64,000 bases of DNA, taken from positions 1 through 64,000 of the forward strand of contig JAUCBJ010009009.1 of assembly GCA_032718475.1 (NCBI GenBank), written 5' to 3'. The notes under the pieces are model-generated. The model was not told the DNA's origin, did no database searches, and worked only from the letters and a program-made list of their open reading frames with translations. Shown here piece by piece: positions 51,418 to 64,000 of this stretch (position 1 is the first letter of the stretch; every line of letters starts with the position of its first letter). The translations under genes were made by a program, and so were the position numbers. This stretch comes from Nemertoderma westbladi. Taxonomy: Eukaryota > Animalia > Xenacoelomorpha.

Positions 51418-54400
51418 TCTCCACAACATATTTCACGCTCCACAACATATTTCACGCTCTACGACGTATTTCACGCTCTACGACGTATTTCACGCTCTAC
51501 GACGTATTTCACGCTCTACGACGTATTTCACGCTCCACAACATATTTCACGCTCCACAACATATTTTACGCTCCACAACATATTTCACACTCAACAACAT
51601 ATTTCACACTCCACAACATATTTCACACTCCACAACATATTTCACGCTCCACAACATATTTCACACTCCACGACATTATTTCACGCTCTACGACGTATTT
51701 CACGCTCCACAACATATTTCACACTCCACAACATATTTCACGCTCCACAACATATTTCACGCCCCACAACATATTTCACGCTCCACAACATATTTCACAC
51801 TCAACAACATATTTTACGCTCCACAACATATTTCACGCTCCACAACATATTCCACACTCCACAACATATTTCACGCTCCACAACATATTTCACGCTCCAC
51901 AACATATTTCACACTCCACAACATATTTCACGCTCCACAACATATTTCACGCCCCACAACATATTTCACGCTCCACAACATATTTCACGCTCCACATCAT
52001 ATTTCATGCTCCACAACATATTTCACGCTCCACAACATATTTCACGCTCCACAACATATTTCACGCTCCACAACATATTTCACACTCCACAACATATTTC
52101 ACGCTCCACAACATATTTCACGCTCCACAACATATTTCACGCTCCACAACATATTTCACGCTCCACAACATATTTCACGCTCCACAACATATTTCACGCT
52201 CCACAACATATTTCACACTCCACAACATATTTCACGCTCCACAACATATTTCACGCTCCACAACATATTTCACACTCCACATCATATTTCATGCTCCACA
52301 ACATATTTCACGCTCCACAACATATTTCACGCTCCACAACATATTTCACGCTCCACAACATATTTCACACTCCACATCATATTTCATGCTCCACAACATA
52401 TTTCACGCTCCACAACATATTTTACGCTCCACAACATATTTCACGCTCCACAACATATTTCACACTCCACAACATATTTCACGCTCCACAACATATTTCA
52501 CGCTCCACAACATATTTCACGCTCCACAACATATTTTACGCTCCACAACATATTTCACGCTCCACAACATATTTCACACTCCACAACATATTTCACGCTC
52601 CACAACATATTTCACGCTCCACAACATATTTCACGCTCCACATCATATTTCATGCTCCACAACATATTTCACGCTCCACAACATATTTTACGCTCCACAA
52701 CATATTTCACGCTCCACAACATATTTCACACTCCACAACATATTTCATGCTCCACAACATATTTCACGCTCCACAACATATTTCACGCTCCACAACATAT
52801 TTCACACTCCACAACATATTTCACGCTCCACAACATATTTCACGCTCCACAACATATTTCACGCTCCACAACATATTTTACGCTCCACAACATATTTCAC
52901 GCTCCACAACATATTTCACACTCCACAACATATTTCACGCTCCACAACATATTTCACGCTCCACAACATATTTCACGCTCCACAACATATTTCACACTCC
53001 ACGAGATTATTTCACCCTCCACAACATATTTCACGCTCCACAACATATTTCACGCTCCACGACATTATTTCACGCTCCACAACATATTTCACACACCACA
53101 ACATATTTCACGCTCCACAACATATTTCACACTCCACAACATATTTTACGCTCCACAACATATTTCACGCTCCACAACATATTTCACACTCCACAACATA
53201 TTTCACGCTCCACAACATATTTCACGCTCCACAACATATTTCACGCTCCACAACATATTTCACACTCCACGAGATTATTTCACCCTCCACAACATATTTC
53301 ACGCTCCACAACATATTTCACGCTCCACGACATTATTTCACACTCCACAACATATTTCACGCTCCACAACATATTTCACGCTCCACAACATATTTCACGC
53401 TCCACAACATATTTCACACTCCACAACATATTCCACACTCCACAACATATTTCACGCTCCACAACATATTTCACGCTCCACAACATATTTCACGCTCCAC
53501 GACATTATTTCACGCTCCACAACATATTTCACGCTCCACAACATATTTCACGCTCCACAACATATTTCACACTCCACAATATATTTCACACTCCACAACA
53601 TATTCCACACTCCACAACATATTTCACGCTCCACAACATATTTCACGCTCCACAACATATTTCACGCTCCACAACATATTTCACGCTCCACAACATATTT
53701 CACGCTCCACAACATATTCCACACTCCACAACATATTCCACACTCCACAACATATTCCACGCCCCACAACATATTTCACACTCCACAACATATTTCACGC
53801 TCCACAACATATTTCACGCTCCACAACATATTTCACGCTCCACAACATATTTCACGCTCCACAACATATTTCACGCTCCACAACATATTTCACGCTCCAC
53901 AACATATTTCACACTCCACAACATATTTCACACTCCACAACATATTTCACGCTCCACAACATATTTCACGCTCCACAACATATTTCACGCTCCACAACAT
54001 ATTTCACGCTCCACAACATATTCCACACTCCACAACATATTCCACACTCCACAACATATTCCACGCCCCACAACATATTTCACACTCCACAACATATTTC
54101 ACGCTCCACAACATATTTCACGCTCCACAACATATTTCACGCTCCACAACATATTTCACGCTCCACAACATATTTCACGCTCCACAACATATTTCACGCT
54201 CCACAACATATTTCACACTCCACAACATATTTCACGCTCCACAACATATTTCACGCTCCACAACATATTTCACGCTCCACAACATATTTCACGCTCCACA
54301 ACATATTTCACGCTCCACAACATATTCCACACTCCACAACATATTCCACACTCCACAACATATTCCACGCCCCACAACATATTTCACACTCCACAACATA

Positions 54401-54428
54401 TTTCACGCTCCACGACGTATTTCACGCC
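51418..54428. repeat. 19-bp minisatellite CTCCACAACATATTTCACG, about 158 copies
   Basis: Directly visible; the 19-aa periodic ORFs equal three 19-bp units. Confidence 0.98.
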
Positions 54429-54482
54429 GACTTTGAAATTATTGTTATTTTTATTTAATTTATTCGTTTTCATTTATATTAC

Positions 54483-54770
54483 TTATGTTTCATAATATAC
54501 TACCAGAACCAAAATTATTATGACTAGTATCACTATTATCGCAATTAAAACAGAAGCGATTATATCTCTCCTTGCCCTGTACGTTGCCGCTTTTCGCAGA
54601 TCTTTATTTGCCTTTTTATTTAGTGCATAACCTTTCTCTTGATTATCCTGAATATTATTGATAACCTCTCCGTGTTTTTCACCGAGTTCTTGTACCTTGT
54701 GGAACATATCGCATATATCCTCAATGCCTGTCTTTATTTGGTGTAGTTTTTCCTGATCTTCCTCTGGTTG
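54483..54770 (-). CDS. Syntaxin-like (Qa-type) SNARE motif plus C-terminal TM anchor, terminal exon
   Basis: aattacacag|QPEEDQEKLHQIKTGIEDICDMFHKVQELGEKHGEVINNIQDNQEKGYALNKKANKDLRKAATYRARRDIIASVLIAIIVILVIIILVLVVYYET*; SNARE heptads, basic linker, tail anchor. Confidence 0.85.
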   Translation of the reverse strand, partial: QPEEDQEKLHQIKTGIEDICDMFHKVQELGEKHGEVINNIQDNQEKGYALNKKANKDLRKAATYRARRDIIASVLIAIIVILVIIILVLVVYYET

Positions 54771-55149
54771 CTGTGTAATTGATATATTTAAATATTATTA
54801 CTAGAAAGAATGTGCCCCTTCGGGCCACAGCTTTCCTTGCAAGTGCAGATGATTGAATAAGTGTGGAGAAATGTGTGGCAGAATGGAACAGACATATACC
54901 AGGATAAAATAAAATACCGCCCCCATAGGAGATAACTGTCAAGTTTCAACTTAGCGGATTCTAAATAATAAAATTTCGAGAAAATGATCACTTTCAGGCA
55001 TTTCAACTTCAGTCCCAGTTATTAAAAGCGCACTAGATATTATTAAGTGCGTTTTTAATAATTATTAAGAGCGCTCTTAATAATTATAGAGTGCACTAGA
55101 TAACTCTTAATAATTATAGGTGTAATATTATGGGTTTGTTCAGAAGTGG

Positions 55150-55250
55150 AAAAAATGGGAGCGCGTCACCGGGGGTTGAACCAGCGCTATACGCACGTTT
55201 CTGCCTGACAGGCCTCATCAGTAGCGCTAACCAGCTCAGCCACTAGCCCC
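55150..55250 (-). promoter_or_regulatory. tRNA-like Pol III cassette (A box, B box, T6 terminator) flanking the hammerhead
   Basis: GGGGCTAG-TGGCTGAGCTGG (A box) ... GGTTCAACCCC (B box-like) ... TCCCA-TTTTTT. Confidence 0.6.
55183..55228 (-). ncRNA. Type I hammerhead ribozyme motif with minimal stem III
   Basis: Minus strand AGCGCUA-CUGAUGA-GGCCUGUCAGGCA-GAAAC-GUGC-GUA^UAGCGCU: perfect 7-bp stem I and intact CUGAUGA, GAAA and GUA core. The first stem II pair is G.A instead of G-C. Confidence 0.85.
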
Positions 55251-55376
55251 TGACACTCGCAGTCCCACCTAATCCACTTCTATTGAACGGGCAGTCTTAA
55301 GTTGCAAATATTCTATATCTTCTATAATATTACACCTTTAATTACAGTTGCAACAGCTCATCTCCAATTTATTTAA

Positions 55377-58300
55377 TTAATAATTATAGAGTGCACTAGA
55401 TAACTCTTAATAATTATAGAGTGCACTAGATAACTCTTAATAATTATAGAGTGCACAAGATAACTCTTAATAATTATAGAGTGCACTAGATAACTCTTAA
55501 TAATTATAGAGTGCACTAGATAACTCTTAATAATTATAGAGTGCACTAGATAACTCTTAATAATTATAGAGTGCACTAGATAACTCATCTTAATAATTAT
55601 AGAGTGCACAAGATAACTCTTAATAATTATAGAGTGCACTAGATAACTCTTAATAATTATAGAGTGCACTAGATAACTCTTAATAATTATAGAGTGCACA
55701 AGATAACTCTTAATAATTATAGAGTGCACTAGATAACTCTTAATAATTATAGAGTGCACAAGATAACTCTTAATAATTATAGAGTGCACTAGATAACTCT
55801 TAATAATTATAGAGTGCACAAGATAACTCTTAATAATTATAGAGTGCACTAGATAACTCTTAATAATTATAGAGTGCACAAGATAACTCATCTTAATAAT
55901 TATAGAGTGCACTAGATAACTCTTAATAATTATAGAGTGCACAAGATAACTCTTAATAATTATAGAGTGCACTAGATAACTCTTAATAATTATAGAGTGC
56001 ACAAGATAACTCATCTTAATAATTATAGAGTGCACTAGATAACTCTTAATAATTATAGAGTGCACTAGATAACTCTTAATAATTATAGAGTGTACTAGAT
56101 AACTCTTAATAATTATAGAGTGCACTAGATAACTCTTAATAATTATAGAGTGCACTAGATAACTCTTAATAATTATAGAGTGCACTAGATAACTCTTAAT
56201 AATTATAGAGTGCACTAGATAACTCTTAATAATTATAGAGTGCACTAGATAACTCTTAATAATTATAGAGTGCACTAGATAACTCTTAATAATTATAGAG
56301 TGCACTAGATAACTCTTAATAATTATAGAGTGCACTAGATAACTCTTAATAATTATAGAGTGCACTAGATAACTCTTAATAATTATAGAGTGCACTAGAT
56401 AACTCATCTTAATAATTATAGAGTGCACTAGATAACTCTTAATAATTATAGAGTGCACTAGATAACTCATCTTAATAATTATAGAGTGCACTAGATAACT
56501 CTTAATAATTATAGAGTGCACTAGATAACTCTTAATAATTATAGAGTGCACTAGATAACTCTTAATAATTATAGAGTGCACTAGATAACTCTTAATAATT
56601 ATAGAGTGCACTAGATAACTCTTAATAATTATAGAGTGCACTAGATAACTCTTAATAATTATAGAGTGCACTAGATAACTCTTAATAATTATAGAGTGCA
56701 CTAGATAACTCTTAATAATTATAGAGTGCACTAGATAACTCTTAATAATTATAGAGTGCACTAGATAACTCTTAATAATTATAGAGTGCACTAGATAACT
56801 CTTAATAATTATAGAGTGCACTAGATAACTCTTAATAATTATAGAGTGCACTAGATAACTCTTAATAATTATAGAGTGCACAAGATAACTCTTAATAATT
56901 ATAGAGTGCACTAGATAACTCTTAATAATTATAGAGTGCACTAGATAACTCTTAATAATTATAGAGTGCACTAGATAACTCATCTTAATAATTATAGAGT
57001 GCACAAGATAACTCTTAATAATTATAGAGTGCACTAGATAACTCATCTAATAATTATAGAGTGCACTAGATAACTCTTAATAATTATAGAGTGCACTAGA
57101 TAACTCCTTAATAATTATAGAGTGCACTAGATAACTCATCTTAATAATTATAGAGTGCACAAGATAACTCTTAATAATTATAGAGTGCACTAGATAACTC
57201 ATCTTAATAATTATAGAGTGCACAAGATAACTCATCTTAATAATTATAGAGTGCACTAGATAACTCTTAATAATTATAGAGTGCACTAGATAACTCTTAA
57301 TAATTATAGAGTGCACTAGATAACTCTTAATAATTATAGAGTGCACTAGATAACTCTTAATAATTATAGAGTGCACTAGATAACTCTTAATAATTATAGA
57401 GTGCACTAGATAACTCTTAATAATTATAGAGTGCACTAGATAACTCTTAATAATTATAGAGTGCACTAGATAACTCTTAATAATTATAGAGTGCACAAGA
57501 TAACTCTTAATAATTATAGAGTGCACTAGATAACTCTTAATAATTATAGAGTGCACTAGATAACTCTTAATAATTATAGAGTGCACTAGATAACTCTTAA
57601 TAATTATAGAGTGCACAAGATAACTCTTAATAATTATAGAGTGCACTAGATAACTCTTAATAATTATAGAGTGCACTAGATAACTCTTAATAATTATAGA
57701 GTGCACAAGATAACTCTTAATAATTATAGAGTGCACTAGATAACTCTTAATAATTATAGAGTGCACAAGATAACTCTTAATAATTATAGAGTGCACTAGA
57801 TAACTCTTAATAATTATAGAGTGCACTAGATAACTCTTAATAATTATAGAGTGCACTAGATAACTCTTAATAATTATAGAGTGCACTAGATAACTCTTAA
57901 TAATTATAGAGTGCACTAGATAACTCTTAATAATTATAGAGTGCACTAGATAACTCTTAATAATTATAGAGTGCACTAGATAACTCTTAATAATTATAGA
58001 GTGCACTAGATAACTCTTAATAATTATAGAGTGCACTAGATAACTCTTAATAATTATAGAGTGCACTAGATAACTCTTAATAATTATAGAGTGCACTAGA
58101 TAACTCTTAATAATTATAGAGTGCACTAGATAACTCTTAATAATTATAGAGTGCACTAGATAACTCTTAATAATTATAGAGTGCACTAGATAACTCTTAA
58201 TAATTATAGAGTGCACTAGATAACTCTTAATAATTATAGAGTGCACTAGATAACTCTTAATAATTATAGAGTGCACTAGATAACTCTTAATAATTATAGA

Positions 58301-61300
58301 GTGCACTAGATAACTCTTAATAATTATAGAGTGCACTAGATAACTCTTAATAATTATAGAGTGCACTAGATAACTCTTAATAATTATAGAGTGCACTAGA
58401 TAACTCTTAATAATTATAGAGTGCACTAGATAACTCTTAATAATTATAGAGTGCACTAGATAACTCTTAATAATTATAGAGTGCACTAGATAACTCTTAA
58501 TAATTATAGAGTGCACTAGATAACTCTTAATAATTATAGAGTGCACTAGATAACTCTTAATAATTATAGAGTGCACTAGATAACTCTTAATAATTATAGA
58601 GTGCACTAGATAACTCTTAATAATTATAGAGTGCACTAGATAACTCTTAATAATTATAGAGTGCACTAGATAACTCTTAATAATTATAGAGTGCACTAGA
58701 TAACTCTTAATAATTATAGAGTGCACTAGATAACTCTTAATAATTATAGAGTGCACTAGATAACTCTTAATAATTATAGAGTGCACTAGATAACTCTTAA
58801 TAATTATAGAGTGCACTAGATAACTCTTAATAATTATAGAGTGCACTAGATAACTCTTAATAATTATAGAGTGCACTAGATAACTCTTAATAATTATAGA
58901 GTGCACTAGATAACTCTTAATAATTATAGAGTGCACTAGATAACTCTTAATAATTATAGAGTGCACTAGATAACTCTTAATAATTATAGAGTGCACTAGA
59001 TAACTCTTAATAATTATAGAGTGCACTAGATAACTCTTAATAATTATAGAGTGCACTAGATAACTCTTAATAATTATAGAGTGCACTAGATAACTCTTAA
59101 TAATTATAGAGTGCACTAGATAACTCTTAATAATTATAGAGTGCACTAGATAACTCTTAATAATTATAGAGTGCACTAGATAACTCTTAATAATTATAGA
59201 GTGCACTAGATAACTCTTAATAATTATAGAGTGCACTAGATAACTCTTAATAATTATAGAGTGCACTAGATAACTCTTAATAATTATAGAGTGCACTAGA
59301 TAACTCTTAATAATTATAGAGTGCACTAGATAACTCTTAATAATTATAGAGTGCACTAGATAACTCTTAATAATTATAGAGTGCACTAGATAACTCTTAA
59401 TAATTATAGAGTGCACTAGATAACTCTTAATAATTATAGAGTGCACTAGATAACTCTTAATAATTATAGAGTGCACTAGATAACTCTTAATAATTATAGA
59501 GTGCACTAGATAACTCTTAATAATTATAGAGTGCACTAGATAACTCTTAATAATTATAGAGTGCACTAGATAACTCTTAATAATTATAGAGTGCACTAGA
59601 TAACTCTTAATAATTATAGAGTGCACTAGATAACTCTTAATAATTATAGAGTGCACTAGATAACTCTTAATAATTATAGAGTGCACTAGATAACTCTTAA
59701 TAATTATAGAGTGCACTAGATAACTCTTAATAATTATAGAGTGCACTAGATAACTCTTAATAATTATAGAGTGCACTAGATAACTCTTAATAATTATAGA
59801 GTGCACTAGATAACTCTTAATAATTATAGAGTGCACTAGATAACTCTTAATAATTATAGAGTGCACTAGATAACTCTTAATAATTATAGAGTGCACTAGA
59901 TAACTCTTAATAATTATAGAGTGCACTAGATAACTCTTAATAATTATAGAGTGCACTAGATAACTCTTAATAATTATAGAGTGCACTAGATAACTCTTAA
60001 TAATTATAGAGTGCACTAGATAACTCTTAATAATTATAGAGTGCACTAGATAACTCTTAATAATTATAGAGTGCACTAGATAACTCTTAATAATTATAGA
60101 GTGCACTAGATAACTCTTAATAATTATAGAGTGCACTAGATAACTCTTAATAATTATAGAGTGCACTAGATAACTCTTAATAATTATAGAGTGCACTAGA
60201 TAACTCTTAATAATTATAGAGTGCACTAGATAACTCTTAATAATTATAGAGTGCACTAGATAACTCTTAATAATTATAGAGTGCACTAGATAACTCTTAA
60301 TAATTATAGAGTGCACTAGATAACTCTTAATAATTATAGAGTGCACTAGATAACTCTTAATAATTATAGAGTGCACTAGATAACTCTTAATAATTATAGA
60401 GTGCACTAGATAACTCTTAATAATTATAGAGTGCACTAGATAACTCTTAATAATTATAGAGTGCACTAGATAACTCTTAATAATTATAGAGTGCACTAGA
60501 TAACTCTTAATAATTATAGAGTGCACTAGATAACTCTTAATAATTATAGAGTGCACTAGATAACTCTTAATAATTATAGAGTGCACTAGATAACTCTTAA
60601 TAATTATAGAGTGCACTAGATAACTCTTAATAATTATAGAGTGCACTAGATAACTCTTAATAATTATAGAGTGCACTAGATAACTCTTAATAATTATAGA
60701 GTGCACTAGATAACTCTTAATAATTATAGAGTGCACTAGATAACTCTTAATAATTATAGAGTGCACTAGATAACTCTTAATAATTATAGAGTGCACTAGA
60801 TAACTCTTAATAATTATAGAGTGCACTAGATAACTCTTAATAATTATAGAGTGCACTAGATAACTCTTAATAATTATAGAGTGCACTAGATAACTCTTAA
60901 TAATTATAGAGTGCACTAGATAACTCTTAATAATTATAGAGTGCACTAGATAACTCTTAATAATTATAGAGTGCACTAGATAACTCTTAATAATTATAGA
61001 GTGCACTAGATAACTCTTAATAATTATAGAGTGCACTAGATAACTCTTAATAATTATAGAGTGCACTAGATAACTCTTAATAATTATAGAGTGCACTAGA
61101 TAACTCTTAATAATTATAGAGTGCACTAGATAACTCTTAATAATTATAGAGTGCACTAGATAACTCTTAATAATTATAGAGTGCACTAGATAACTCTTAA
61201 TAATTATAGAGTGCACTAGATAACTCTTAATAATTATAGAGTGCACTAGATAACTCTTAATAATTATAGAGTGCACTAGATAACTCTTAATAATTATAGA

Positions 61301-64000
61301 GTGCACTAGATAACTCTTAATAATTATAGAGTGCACTAGATAACTCTTAATAATTATAGAGTGCACTAGATAACTCTTAATAATTATAGAGTGCACTAGA
61401 TAACTCTTAATAATTATAGAGTGCACTAGATAACTCTTAATAATTATAGAGTGCACTAGATAACTCTTAATAATTATAGAGTGCACTAGATAACTCTTAA
61501 TAATTATAGAGTGCACTAGATAACTCTTAATAATTATAGAGTGCACTAGATAACTCTTAATAATTATAGAGTGCACTAGATAACTCTTAATAATTATAGA
61601 GTGCACTAGATAACTCTTAATAATTATAGAGTGCACTAGATAACTCTTAATAATTATAGAGTGCACTAGATAACTCTTAATAATTATAGAGTGCACTAGA
61701 TAACTCTTAATAATTATAGAGTGCACTAGATAACTCTTAATAATTATAGAGTGCACTAGATAACTCTTAATAATTATAGAGTGCACTAGATAACTCTTAA
61801 TAATTATAGAGTGCACTAGATAACTCTTAATAATTATAGAGTGCACTAGATAACTCTTAATAATTATAGAGTGCACTAGATAACTCTTAATAATTATAGA
61901 GTGCACTAGATAACTCTTAATAATTATAGAGTGCACTAGATAACTCTTAATAATTATAGAGTGCACTAGATAACTCTTAATAATTATAGAGTGCACTAGA
62001 TAACTCTTAATAATTATAGAGTGCACTAGATAACTCTTAATAATTATAGAGTGCACTAGATAACTCTTAATAATTATAGAGTGCACTAGATAACTCTTAA
62101 TAATTATAGAGTGCACTAGATAACTCTTAATAATTATAGAGTGCACTAGATAACTCTTAATAATTATAGAGTGCACTAGATAACTCTTAATAATTATAGA
62201 GTGCACTAGATAACTCTTAATAATTATAGAGTGCACTAGATAACTCTTAATAATTATAGAGTGCACTAGATAACTCTTAATAATTATAGAGTGCACTAGA
62301 TAACTCTTAATAATTATAGAGTGCACTAGATAACTCTTAATAATTATAGAGTGCACTAGATAACTCTTAATAATTATAGAGTGCACTAGATAACTCTTAA
62401 TAATTATAGAGTGCACTAGATAACTCTTAATAATTATAGAGTGCACTAGATAACTCTTAATAATTATAGAGTGCACTAGATAACTCTTAATAATTATAGA
62501 GTGCACTAGATAACTCTTAATAATTATAGAGTGCACTAGATAACTCTTAATAATTATAGAGTGCACTAGATAACTCTTAATAATTATAGAGTGCACTAGA
62601 TAACTCTTAATAATTATAGAGTGCACTAGATAACTCTTAATAATTATAGAGTGCACTAGATAACTCTTAATAATTATAGAGTGCACTAGATAACTCTTAA
62701 TAATTATAGAGTGCACTAGATAACTCTTAATAATTATAGAGTGCACTAGATAACTCTTAATAATTATAGAGTGCACTAGATAACTCTTAATAATTATAGA
62801 GTGCACTAGATAACTCTTAATAATTATAGAGTGCACTAGATAACTCTTAATAATTATAGAGTGCACTAGATAACTCTTAATAATTATAGAGTGCACTAGA
62901 TAACTCTTAATAATTATAGAGTGCACTAGATAACTCTTAATAATTATAGAGTGCACTAGATAACTCTTAATAATTATAGAGTGCACTAGATAACTCTTAA
63001 TAATTATAGAGTGCACTAGATAACTCTTAATAATTATAGAGTGCACTAGATAACTCTTAATAATTATAGAGTGCACTAGATAACTCTTAATAATTATAGA
63101 GTGCACTAGATAACTCTTAATAATTATAGAGTGCACTAGATAACTCTTAATAATTATAGAGTGCACTAGATAACTCTTAATAATTATAGAGTGCACTAGA
63201 TAACTCTTAATAATTATAGAGTGCACTAGATAACTCTTAATAATTATAGAGTGCACTAGATAACTCTTAATAATTATAGAGTGCACTAGATAACTCTTAA
63301 TAATTATAGAGTGCACTAGATAACTCTTAATAATTATAGAGTGCACTAGATAACTCTTAATAATTATAGAGTGCACTAGATAACTCTTAATAATTATAGA
63401 GTGCACTAGATAACTCTTAATAATTATAGAGTGCACTAGATAACTCTTAATAATTATAGAGTGCACTAGATAACTCTTAATAATTATAGAGTGCACTAGA
63501 TAACTCTTAATAATTATAGAGTGCACTAGATAACTCTTAATAATTATAGAGTGCACTAGATAACTCTTAATAATTATAGAGTGCACTAGATAACTCTTAA
63601 TAATTATAGAGTGCACTAGATAACTCTTAATAATTATAGAGTGCACTAGATAACTCTTAATAATTATAGAGTGCACTAGATAACTCTTAATAATTATAGA
63701 GTGCACTAGATAACTCTTAATAATTATAGAGTGCACTAGATAACTCTTAATAATTATAGAGTGCACTAGATAACTCTTAATAATTATAGAGTGCACTAGA
63801 TAACTCTTAATAATTATAGAGTGCACAAGATAACTCTTAATAATTATAGAGTGCACTAGATAACTCATCTTAATAATTATAGAGTGCACAAGATAACTCT
63901 TAATAATTATAGAGTGCACTAGATAACTCTTAATAATTATAGAGTGCACTAGATAACTCTTAATAATTATAGAGTGCACTAGATAACTCTTAATAATTAT
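55377..64000. repeat. 30-bp satellite TAATTATAGAGTGCACTAGATAACTCTTAA, more than 280 copies, runs off the window; stray units at ~55075-55118
   Basis: Directly visible; variants are a CAT insertion and CACAAG; contains the palindrome AGTGCACT. Confidence 0.99.

Larger units (their letters stand above)
55111..55344. mobile_element. Fold-back element with 20/21-bp terminal inverted repeats carrying a tRNA-like hammerhead cassette
   Basis: TAATTATAGGTGTAATATTAT (55111-55131) versus ATAATATTACACCTTTAATTA (55324-55344); inner arms AGAAGTGGA/TCCACTTCT, TGGGA/TCCCA, GTCA/TGAC. Confidence 0.7.

Noticed and set aside
51399-54495. His-rich ORFs in all three plus frames
   Set aside because: A stop-free 19-bp unit opens every frame automatically.
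55150-55250. Functional tRNA gene
   Set aside because: Has A/B boxes, but I could not fold a proper anticodon arm and acceptor stem; the centre folds as a hammerhead.
55373-63979. 2300-aa and 557-aa SYLVHSIIIK ORFs
   Set aside because: Stop-free frame of a 30-bp satellite with essentially no sequence variation; no evidence of coding.
3362-64000. CRISPR array interpretation of the tandem repeats
   Set aside because: No unique spacers, no cas genes, and the context is eukaryotic with spliced genes.

Overview
AT-rich eukaryotic, probably metazoan, genomic window; about 60% is tandem repeat. It holds a complete three-exon Serrate/ARS2 gene (minus strand, 16570-9728) head-to-head with the first two exons of a myosin V gene (plus strand, 18332-19161 and 23282-23612). 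No third myosin exon is visible, so the next intron appears to exceed 40 kb. Antisense within that span are two paralogous syntaxin-type SNARE exons, both with His at the zero layer, one with and one without a transmembrane anchor, plus a probable upstream exon. There are seven tandem arrays, two decayed LINEs, L2-type tails and several MITEs. Two features stand out. (1) Several intronic satellites are tandem amplifications of splice sites: a 54-bp array of about 435 copies of the syntaxin-like exon donor, and a 30-bp array whose last unit is the myosin V acceptor. (2) A ~230-bp fold-back element at 55111-55344 carries a tRNA-like Pol III cassette with a type I hammerhead ribozyme at its apex. 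The very long ORFs in the ORF track are satellite artefacts. Coordinates were read by eye.
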